From the NCBI GenBank assembly GCA_051362555.1, contig CM120641.1, positions 37,454,401 to 37,518,400 of the forward strand: a stretch of 64,000 nucleotides of DNA. The letters run 5' to 3'. Made by a program: the position numbers and the translations under genes. This DNA comes from Lingula anatina. Lineage: Eukaryota > Animalia > Brachiopoda. The notes under the pieces were generated by a model. The model did not search any database. It was not told the DNA's origin and saw only the letters and a list, made by a program, of their open reading frames with translations. How positions within the stretch are numbered: position 1 is the stretch's first letter; each line of letters opens with the position of its first letter. This document shows positions 39,127 through 50,000 of this stretch, piece by piece.

Positions 39127-41238
39127 ATGTCAGCCTCCATGCTAAGGTGGGCTGGAGGAGTTCTCAACAAATTTAATACGTTTACTGGTATGTCGTTTTT
39201 GCAAACTTACCATTATTTTGTAAAAATGGATACTATAGTTCAGTAGCTCTCTAGATATGGTTAACACGTGTCATTGATTATCGTGTTCTACTAGAGCAGC
39301 AGGGCTAGACTACATGTAGTGTTTTGTATTCGGCATACGTGTAGTAGTGTAAAACTCCAATTAATAAGTACTGTAAATCAGTATTATAGAAGTTTTTGGC
39401 CTTACATGCTGGGTAATTACCTCAAGCAAGTCCAAATATTTGGGCAGTGGTGATATTAAAAAAATAAGGCTCCTTGTTTTTTTCCTTTTTTGAAACAAAA
39501 TTTGATGGAAAAGATAAAGGTTCACGTTTTTTTCGTTTTATTTGTCCAAAGTGCTATTTGAGAGGACTTTAATCACCTCTTAGGGGCCATTCAGAATAGT
39601 ATCAACTGATCCAAGGATGAAATATATCTGACCCTACATGAAAAGAAGACCGCTTAATCCTGTAATGGTCTCTCCGCCTCTCATACACCTCCCCACACAA
39701 TGGTCCAAAGGAGCTGAGATTTATTTACTGTGACCCTGCAGTGACTTTATAACATGTCAACCAACTTTAGAAATGTCTATTATAGTAGTTTTTGTTATTC
39801 GTTTGAACCAAAATAATCAAACTTCAGATCATGTCTTCATTTCAGTAGGATAAAAAATTAATGTGCCTTTAGGGGTAAGCTGCACAATTGCTTCACTGGT
39901 TACAAAATACTCGGTGATGTCACAAGATTATGAACATGGTTCAAGAATGCCCTGACATTTTTACAGTTAACCTCAACAGATGAGGTGTTCAATGATGACA
40001 AGGCGCACCTTTTGTCTAACTTTTATGTGCATCAGAGGCCTCGTTTGTCTCATTACTAAGAACATCTAGCTCGGTATACTGCATTACATTGCAGATGACA
40101 TAGAATGGGAAATTATTAGTACAATGTCTGAAATTGAATAAGTTGTTTAGAATGTACAACTATGACACTAACATACATGTAAATGATTATTACAGGGCCC
40201 TTAATGTCAGTTACAAGTACAAGGAATGCTTCTCATAAAGCTGCAGGGGCAACAAGGAATAAACAGAAAAAGACAGTGAAAAAGAATCGAGGACCAAAGA
40301 AAATGGAAGGAGAGTGGGTAAATAAAGGGGAAATTTTGGTTGCACAACTTGGCTTGAGGTTTTGGCCTGGTCAGAATGTAAGTAAAGACAAATACATTAA
40401 TTAGTTTTAACATGTATCACCTGACATTATCTTTAGTTCGACAATTCTTTAAAGTTTCTTAAAACAGCTCTTTGATAAATGCGTTTTTATCTGTGTTATA
40501 GACTTTTTTATCAGAATTCCACAGACATGCTGAAATTGTCGGTCCGATTGTTCATGACCGGGAAAATTTGTCTGGACCTGTAAAAAATTGGACTTGATCG
40601 GTCCAAATGACCGACAAGAGTTTTAAGAACCACAATTTTGAATTTACAGTCATCATTCGACATACCTCGCTATTAAAATTATTTTAAACCCAAAGCGTTT
40701 TTCCCTTCCATTTCAAACCTATCACATTCACAAACAAAGTAAGCTACCTAATCGCACTGGTAGTATTTGTCTCAAACAATTTTCGGTCTGACAAAAATCC
40801 ATTCAGTCTGGCAAATTTTTCATTACTGCTGGTCAGAATGTCCGGCCATTCTGCATTCAGCATATCTGACTCCAGTGCCTGTTGTACAGATTTTTCATAT
40901 TATGAAGACGTCCAATCCACATATCCAAGGAATGGCTGTTGAAATAAATGTATTACAGTATTTATAATCCAATTTAAATAGTAGGAATGTCGGAATGCAA
41001 TGCAGTAACCCAGTGTATTGTTTATTTATTTATTTAAATTTAGGTTGGAATGGGAAGAGATGGAACCTTGTATGCTTTAGACAGTGGACATGTGATAACA
41101 TCCAGTGAACAACTGTCTCCTTACCCACACAGCCCTTTGTATGAACATGTTAAAGAAGGCAATAAAATAACTAAAAAATTCTGGCATGTTATTCCTTTGC
41201 CTCAAAAACAGACATTTAAACTGAAATCACAAGTATGA
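39127..41238 (+). CDS. MRPL27: Mitochondrial large-subunit ribosomal protein bL27m, 3 exons, 145 aa
   Basis: Exons 39127-39187, 40196-40377, 41044-41238; GT-AG, phases 1 then 0, 438 nt. The N-terminus MSASMLRWAGGVLNKFNTFT has no acidic residues, like a mitochondrial presequence. The core [60 protein letters not shown] is the L27 signature. The C-terminus KKFWHVIPLPQKQTFKL resembles the MRPL27 tail. Confidence 0.95.
40522..40868. mobile_element. Non-autonomous DNA transposon (CAG-terminated TIRs) in MRPL27 intron 2
   Basis: TIRs CAGACATGCTGAA ... TTCAGCATATCTG (12/13 match). Subterminal inverted similarity (TGACC..GAAAATTTG.C vs GCAAATTTT..GGTCAGAA). Flanks attcca / actcca. Superfamily uncertain. 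Confidence 0.65.
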
Positions 41239-41902
41239 CAGCAACTGCAGTGGAGTCCCTTATGTGAATAAGGGAAGTTTGTTAGAAGAGATAGAAATTA
41301 TTGAACATTTTGGTGGGCTATCTCTAGATTGCCATAAGAATAGGCATGGAGCTTGACCTCACAAGTTTGGTGACAACTTAGATGTTCAAGTAGTGAATGT
41401 GCACAGTAGTGGGACAAAACATAAAACTGTCAGGATGTTGTGAAAAAATTGATGAGATGTAATGATGAGAACAACATATAGTTGTCAAATACGTGTATCT
41501 TGGAAAATTTGGACTGCTGATGTATACAGGAATGAAAGTTCCTGGACACTGACATATTTACAGTAAAATCATTATCCAGTTCTGTAGAGATTATGGCCTG
41601 CAAAATAAAAATATTGAGTAGAACGTTGTGTTTGATTTCCAAATTTGACATTGTTTTTCTTTAAATTTCTTGACAAGACATCGAAAATTGACAACAATGT
41701 GAGAATAAGCCATCGTGTTTATTTTATAATTTTATTAGAGAGTTCTTTTGAAAGGCAAAGCTGATTAAGCAAAAAAAAAAAAAAAAAAAAAAAAAATGAA
41801 GATGCAGAAGTGTCAATTCCTGTTCAATTACACAATTAATAAAAATTGTCGAATGATAAATAGAAATGTCATAACTGTTTTGTATTCGTTATTGAAGTAC
41901 AT

Positions 41903-42828
41903 TTACAAAATAGGCAACCTTTGTCTGCAAACTGGCTGTGCTTTTTCAGTCTGTACAGATCCCAGGCATTCATTCACGTAATTACCAATGGGTGACTGGT
42001 CCCACAGCATTTTATAGAGACCCCTTCCATTAAAAAAAGGGACATGAGCAATTTGCTTCTCAATGATTTTTACTTGAAATATCGTTGCTCTTAACAAATC
42101 GCGTTCAGAGAAAGAAGTCGTGTGATCTCCATCGCATGAGACGTGGTCCCAGTACGTTTTATCACCATAGCCTGATATCTCCGTTAGTTTACCGATTTCT
42201 TCAAATTCATAATTACCATTTTCCTTATTTTCATCTTTGAAAACAACTTTGTCGATTTGTGGGCTTATTATCTCTAAATCTGTTAAAACTTCACTTGTTT
42301 CAGTAGCCGAATGAAGTTTTGTTGGTGGGTGCACATGTTCTGATTTCGTATTGTCAACTATTTGTGTATCCGACTGATCTTCCTCTCTAGGGTAACTGTC
42401 TGCCATGCCTGTGCTACAGTATGAAAGTGTGGTTTTATCTTTAATATTACCAGTTATGTCTTCCCACTCATTACCGTGTTCTCTTTCATTACTTTGAAGC
42501 CATTTCTCAGTTTCGTTGCTGGAATCGTCGGTTCTTTCTTCTAATTTCTGCGAAGTAAAAGTAATCTTGTTTTTTAACAATTTACTTGAAGCCTCTTACT
42601 TGTGTTTAAAATTTGATTGAAATTTAAGACAGGCCTACAATAGAATTTAAACATAGGCACTACCATATTTTAAGATTTTACTTCATCTTTCTCTACATCA
42701 CTTACAGAAAATGAAGACTCGAGTTCGACTTTCCAAGTTTTACTTTCTTTTACTTCGTGTATTGTTGCTTCTACTTTCTCGGCTGTGCTAGTTGAACAGA
42801 TACACGGACAAAGGCAGAAGCGTGGCAT
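41903..42828 (-). CDS. Uncharacterised ~255-aa protein; N-terminal Cys cluster, acidic low-complexity middle
   Basis: Exon 1 is 42828-42706 (MPRFCLCPCICSTSTAEKVE..ESSFS, donor TCT|gtaagt, phase 0). Exon 2 runs from 42547 (acceptor ttttacttcgcag|AAA) in frame with the 225-codon ORF to TAA at 41903. A further strong acceptor at 41597 might add a terminal exon, which would change only the last few residues. No family recognised. Confidence 0.65.
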
Positions 42829-43640
42829 AGCACTATTTTTAAATACAGTCGTTACTGTTTATGTTCCCGCGCAGACTATAGGCCTATAATAGTGACTTGG
42901 GATTTCAACGCCGCAGTTCTTTATGAGGTAGCCTGCTTACGTTACCAATGACTAATACGTGACGGGTACTGAAGTCACTATGACATCTGACGTAATATAT
43001 GTCATGGCATAGAGACAACTACTGCACTGTCAACAACGTAGTTCTTTATGTCACACCTTGCCAACGTAATTGATGATGTCATAATTGGATATGATTTACC
43101 TAGAGAAACCTGCATCGTCAACGTCACAGCTCTTTTATGACGCAGCTTAATTATTGACATCATAAATAATGCGCCATTTTCAATTATGTCATCATTAATT
43201 ATGACGATAACGATATCATGGCAACGAATGAAATATGATTTGGTCTGTCAGACAGGAGGTGAGTAACTCGAACATATAAAAGTTACGTAGAACCAATATA
43301 AACCGGCTTTCTGAAGAATTTATGTGCGAATTCAATGTACATGCAGGTGATCTGAGAAGTAATCTTATGAAAGAGTCTTGGTTTAAAACAGTAAAGCTTT
43401 TCTATTCTCAGATACTACAGTATTTGTCTCGTGATAGGCGAACATTCATATCATAATGTATTCTAATTCAAAGACCGTTCCATCTCGTGGATAATGATGT
43501 CCGAAGGTAAAGAGCCTAGTCTATCAATCTGGGGAATTAACCCCTTTTGCTAAAATAAGCAAACTTAGACTGTACATATTTTTTCTCGTGTAAAGTAAAC
43601 AAAAAATGTCATAAGTTAGACATTTGTACAAAGGACTGTA

Positions 43641-44819
43641 CTAGATCGACGTCTCTCTTCTAGTTGATCGGTTAGGACGGCGATTTCTGTATTTCATTAG
43701 CTTCAACTGTTGCAAAAAGTAGGCACCCGATTTTCCGCCCGCGTCCCGTTTACGTATATTTGCTCCAGAGGCGATCAGAGACTCTGCCAATTCATACTGT
43801 GAATTTTTCAAAGCAGTATGCAGGGGTGTGTCTCCTGCGTTATTGCAGATATTAATATCGCCACCTCCGTTTATAATATTTTTCATTATGCTCACATAAG
43901 GAGAAGACGTGGATTCATCAACATGGTAATTCATGTAGGCACGGCTGCTTATTTTGTGCAAAAGTGTGTTTCCATGTTCATCTGGAATGTTCACATCTGA
44001 GCTGTATTTCAGTAGTATCTCTGCTGATTTAAGGTGGCCTTGTTGAATGCTGACATCCAAAGGGGTTTGTCCGTGATGGTTTAAAGCATTTACATCTGCT
44101 CCCATTTCGACTAATATTGGTACTGTTGAAATTTGGCCGTGAAAACAGGCTACGTGGATAGGTGTGTTCCCATAGCAGTCACGCGCGTTGATATTGGCTC
44201 CCTTATTTAAAAGAAGCGGCACTCCCAACTTCTCGTTGCGAACGAGCTCGTGAAGCGGTGTCTCACCTGCCACATTCGTCGCATTCACGTTTGCGTCATT
44301 GTCCAGCAAAAGTTTCATCGTGTCCGTTTTTCCTACTTGGCAAGCTATGTGCAAAGGTGTTTGCTTGTCGTTGTCAACTTCATTAACTTCTGCTCCATTC
44401 CGTATTAAAAGACTTACAGCATCTGTCACATTCGAGGCAATGTTACACGCAATATGTAGTGGAGTTTCCCCCTCGGAATTTTTTGCGTTTACGTTAGCCT
44501 CATTAAGAATCAAACATCTAGCATTTTCAGATGCAATCCACTGCGAGGCCAGGTGGAGTGGCGTGCTCGTGTTCTGTGAGGTTGTTGCGTTGACATCAGC
44601 GTTAAAGTCGCACAGTGTTTGTATGGCCAAGGCGGAGTGGAGGTGAAGAGATAACGCAGCGTTCTGCATGGCGTTTAGCCCGTTCACAGAATGGGAACAA
44701 ATGTCCTTCACTTTGCTGCGATGTTTCAGTAACAGCTTCTTCATCTCTGATATGTCACATGCGTCTGTATAACGCTGGAGTTCCTCAGCTAGTTCTGAAA
44801 CAATCTCGGGGCTGCCCAT
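43641..44819 (-). CDS. Ankyrin-repeat protein (~9-10 ANK repeats), uninterrupted CDS, 392 aa
   Basis: Repeated G-x-TPLH-x-A...LL-x-x-GA-x-VN motifs (TPLHLAS, GETPLHIAC, QTPLHIAC, GETPLHELV, GNTPIHVAC, GQTPLDVS, GNTLLHK, GDTPLHTA). There is an in-frame TAA three codons upstream of the ATG and a basic C-terminal tail (KYRNRRPNRSTRR). Confidence 0.92.
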   Translation of the reverse strand: MGSPEIVSELAEELQRYTDACDISEMKKLLLKHRSKVKDICSHSVNGLNAMQNAALSLHLHSALAIQTLCDFNADVNATTSQNTSTPLHLASQWIASENARCLILNEANVNAKNSEGETPLHIACNIASNVTDAVSLLIRNGAEVNEVDNDKQTPLHIACQVGKTDTMKLLLDNDANVNATNVAGETPLHELVRNEKLGVPLLLNKGANINARDCYGNTPIHVACFHGQISTVPILVEMGADVNALNHHGQTPLDVSIQQGHLKSAEILLKYSSDVNIPDEHGNTLLHKISSRAYMNYHVDESTSSPYVSIMKNIINGGGDINICNNAGDTPLHTALKNSQYELAESLIASGANIRKRDAGGKSGAYFLQQLKLMKYRNRRPNRSTRRETSI

Positions 44820-47036
44820 GCTGCATTAAAGGCCTCTTTTCCCCTTGCTGGGCCAGGCGCTTAGTGCAAGACACAGTGCGGAGTGGACTTTGGTTTTCCT
44901 TTTATCAGCGATGTCCTCGCTTGTGTAAAATGTCACATAGGCACGATTCCATGTGCGATATCAAAATAGACGAGTCACAGGTGCGACACGGTAATCAACA
45001 GCATACTGAGATAATATGGAATTCAGTATTGAGTTTTATCATATCGAATTATGATAGGTCGCTGAAGGGAAATTAATTTTTTATTACTGATCATTTTCAA
45101 TTTTCAGTGGTCCAACTTACTTGTCACGTAAACATTTTAATTGTATTATGTCTTAAATTTATTCATCATATAAAACGAAGTTGAGATACTCTTGCAATTT
45201 TGGTGGACAAAAACAATCTCAAATGTAGCGTAATTACTCGTTTCTTGAAACATTTACCAATATGCAATGCAGTAAAATCATGAAGTAAGAGCTGTGGTGT
45301 GAAATGCTTACAATGCCTACCTGTAGCGCAGTGCATCATATGCAGTTCTTGTAGCACAGCAATGACACCATGACGATATGTAGAATTACTGATAACCCGA
45401 TAAATTCGACATGCCAAGGGATAAACTAAATAAATCACCCGATCAGCCATAAAAGAGCTTTAGAGTGCTCCTTTCTTTAAATCTTTGGTTGTCAATTTAA
45501 CCTACTTTCGTGACCTACTTTTCTGCCCCATTGACATACAGCATAGAATGCAAGCAGAAAAATCTGTTCAAACATCACTTTCGGGTAAAATTAAACAATG
45601 CCTTTTGGTAATTCTCTTAGTTATACTACTTGAAACTATATGCTGGCATTTGGTTGGTTTTTATGACAAAAAATTGACTTTGTATGTATCTTTAAATTAA
45701 ATGACGATGAAAAGGTTAATGATTAATCAATATTTTACACGACACGTTGACGAAGTGGTGATAAGATATAAAAAAATTTTAAAAAAAAGATGTAGTGAGT
45801 TAAACATTAGAAAGCTACTCACATGCTTGATTCGTGACATCATGTGATGAAATACACTGTCAATCATCAATTGCATTTTTAATAAAATTCATGCCAAATA
45901 AGTACATAAATACAGCCTCGATTAATGTGAAGTAGTGGTAAATTTTAAAGCATTGCGTACATATTTATAAACGATGTTGACTGAATACGAATATTAACCA
46001 AGGCAGGAAATCAGAATGATCAGTAAGAAAAATATCCGTGAATCAACAGTATTTGTTTAAATATATATTTGTTCACTAATACAGTAAAAAGAACAAAGAT
46101 TCCAATAAATTACCTATTAAATATTTTACAAATAATTAAAATTATCATAATAAACATATTACCATTTGAATATAGGCATTATTTACACGGTGCAATTACA
46201 ACCAACCCACTCGTACCCCAGTATCTGTAACAGTTCCGTATCATAAGTGTTAGTTGCAGCTTTGTGTAAGTTACATAAATAAAGGTAAAACATAGAAAAA
46301 GAACAAGAGGAAAGAAATACAATGTTCATCTGCTGTGAGCACTGATACTCTTTATAGTGCGCCCTTAGTATTTACCGTAAGTAAAATAATTATTTCCAGA
46401 GTTAACAAATGTGATTTATTAATGAAAGTAGTTTAATGGCGCTGAATGAAAAACGCGAAAGCAACATCAAATAATCCCCCGCTTTCTCCAAATTGGTACC
46501 ATATAATCAATTCCATCATCAAATACATGGATGAAATATGACGATGATTATCACTTATAAAAGTTATCTATCTGAGGTAGGCCCTATATGTATTAAAAAG
46601 GAGTTCTCACGCCAAAATACAAGTGAATGACAGTTAGCTCCCCAGTTGCATTATTTGAACACAAATACGGTGGCTATATAATATAAATCACTGTAAGAAA
46701 TTCCTGAATGTTAAAATGTTATGCGGGTGAACATCCAAGCCGAGTTCTCCAGCAGGGAAAAACAGGAATGCGATGAACAGAACTCATCAATACTGATACG
46801 ATCATTGGCTGGCCTGTACATTGCTTGCCAAAATATATGACAAAAGCATGCACACACCGATTAGGATTTAGGCTTAAGCTACCTTGGACTGTGAGACCTT
46901 ACATGTATCCGTGACGTCACACTACTAAGCCAAAAAGCGCCCTTATCTGCAGTTTAAAGCTTAGATCTACACGATACGATTACATCTCAGAGCATTCAGA
47001 GATAGACCAACAAATTTAGCATGACGTCACGTGAGT

Positions 47037-50000
47037 CTACCACGTTTTCACCTTGAGAACCTGTGACAAAGTACTTTTAGCATTGGCATTGATAAGGTAG
47101 GTTACGTCCTTTTCCGTGAACGACTCCCAGTCTGTACAAGGCACGCTGTCTGTGAGATGGTGCACAGGAACAAACTTCTCCACTCCTTGCCACCGGTATA
47201 CAACACTGGCTGAGGTATCACTATCGTGCTGTGCGTTAGAGGCTATGAGAAATGTGTCGTTGCCTACTGTGAATGTCTCCCAGTCTACTATACTGAAATT
47301 GATAAATGAAAAAAAGAACACCGTGTGAAATTACTTGGGCTATTAATCGTATGAGCATTGAGAGAATAGTAATGATTGTGTTTTCTTCTCTTACACAGCG
47401 AGGTCACAAGCGAATACAGAAACTCAAGTACATGCATTTAGACAGATCTTGATCCTCCACAACACAGTTTGTTAATAAACATCGTAAAATTGTAAAAATC
47501 TGATAGATGCATGACTTAAAGATCAACAAAAATTTTGAACAAACCAGTCAATGGCATTGCTCGTTTCGTAATTTTTTCTTGATAAGCATAAATCTTAGGC
47601 AGTATTCTTTTACCTGTTTGTCTCAATATTTTGAAACTTTTCAAACTGTTTAAGTTGTAAATTAAGCTTGTATATTGTAGAGTTCACGGTGTATTCGTTA
47701 AGTTTCCGATGGTTTTGCGGGCCGTAGTTATACGCGTTTGCCACAGCTAAAAATAAGTCGCTCCCTATACGTATAACTTCCCAGTCCGTTGCACCGGTTG
47801 TCTGAGAGAGAGAAAAAAATAAAGTAAATGAAAACAAATTAATTCTAGCAAAATTTCCAAAGGAAATAAAAATTAAGACAAAGTTATCAAACTAAAATAA
47901 AGAATTGTTGAAAAGAAAATGACTAACCACTGTTTATCTAATTATCATTATCTCAAATTTAAGTTTTTGGAACAGTTTTTCGTTGTGCTCTTATTATTCA
48001 AAATGGCACGACGGCCCGTGTGACCATTGAACCACGATGATTTGCCCGTCAGTTTGACTTCAGGGTCTTGCATATCCAGGTTTTTGATTACCGCGGTCTC
48101 TTTCATTCACACCACTATCTTAAGTTAAACTTACGGGCGTACATTGATTAACGCGTATCATATACGGGCGCATATAGATAATTTTCGTAACTGGTGACAT
48201 TTTTGCATACATGTGGCCAAAGTAATTATCTTAAAGGGATAAAGCATATTTCAAGACGTACGTTTCTTTTTCCAAATTATTTAATACTTTCCATAATATG
48301 TAGATGCCCGCTTCTACTCCTCCCCCCCCCCCCTCCAATAACCTTTGTGTTAAGCCACACCAGAATATACATTCACTTGTATATTAGTCTGTCATAGAGC
48401 ATTTTTACGTACCTCAATTGATTGAGCAAATATGAACTGTCCCTTTTGCCAAAAATACACTGCTGAGTCCATCCTTGTGGAAACCCCATCGAATGCGTTA
48501 GCAACGACCAAGAAATGGTAGGCGCCAACAGTAAAATGCGTCCAGTCATAGGCCGCTGTGGTGGGAATGGTTTGAATTTGTTCGAAATACCGCGACTTGC
48601 GGTCATACTTGTAGATCACAGAATCAATGCGTAACTTTGTACCTGAATCGAAAATGAATGCTCCTTTGATCATTCCTATTTTTTATTCAGATATAAATTA
48701 GGTTTAAAGTAAATTCCAAAAAGAAACTAACTGAATGCTAAGGGAAATACATCATAACATATCTGAAAAAAAGTTTGCCAATCTTTTCAATATATATATT
48801 GAAACAGTAAGGGGATTTACGCCTTTGCCGATGGCTCTTTTACTAAAAGAACATCAACATTTTATATGCTTTTGTTTTCATCGTTTATATTTTTAGTGAT
48901 TGAAATGCTTTTGCTTGTTATGGAGAAACTGTTTGAAATGTGAGAAACTAACATTAGCTGTCTACAGGTAGTACAATTAATATTATCACTGTAATAGCAT
49001 TAAAACTATGTATATATAGTGGGACTAGATTAGGACTGGGCCTGTGACATATGCCTATATATATACCTTTTGCATGGTTTGCCACCGCAAGGTAATGTTC
49101 GTCTTCAATTTTAAAATACTCAAAGTCTCTGGCTGTGTATGTGACGATTTCTTGGTACACCCGAAACTTCTTTCGTCTTTTACTCCACTTGTAGATGACG
49201 GAAGTTGAACTCTTGTCTCGCGAGATTCCGTAGTTGGCGACTGCAAGGAAAAACTGAAAGTGAAATGGGGATTCAATAATGGCTGGAAAACACACTATTT
49301 ATCATGTTTCTTTCTAATAGTCGTCTTATTTAAGTTTTCAGATAGAAAATCTTGCAAAGTCCAACACTGTCTTAGCTGAATTTTCGATGAAGGTGTGTAG
49401 TTGCTCATCTGAGAAGACGATGGAGCAAAATGTGAGGCCTCTTTTGTGACAGACATCCTCTACTGCCGGAAGGTAAATCCGTGTCCAGTACATAAGAAGC
49501 AAAAATAAAATATGACTGACGAGGGATGCATTTTCCATTCTCCTTACCTTCCTATCTATAACAAAATGCTCCCAATTTTGTGCTCCCAAAGTTGTGAGAT
49601 TCTGATATTGGCTGAACTTTCCGTCCGTCCACTTGTAAATAGTGGACGGTTGTTTGGACATCACCTGGCTGTCGTAATTGGCCATAGCCATAAACAAGCC
49701 TTCTTCCTGAATACGAAATACCTCCACGTCAATGGCCGGCGTAGTCGTGATGATATTTTGGTACTGTTCTAAGTAATCAAGACGTTTTTGGCGTTTTTCA
49801 CCTGGAAGAAAACGAATGACGATATTTTGATGGCGTTTTCGGTGATTCGGCATGTCGATTACGACACGTGTTATTTTGAAATGTTAACTGTTTTCACTTG
49901 AAGGAAAAAGAAAGGGAGGAAAGTAATGTATATAGTACAATAGGTCATTGGGTGTATGTAGCTTACTGACTGCTTTAAAGTTCCATTCCGCTATTATCAG

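Noticed and set aside
43818-45076. Plus-strand ORFs (60, 115, 153 aa) overlapping the ankyrin gene
   Set aside because: Antisense shadows of a real coding sequence with no independent evidence.
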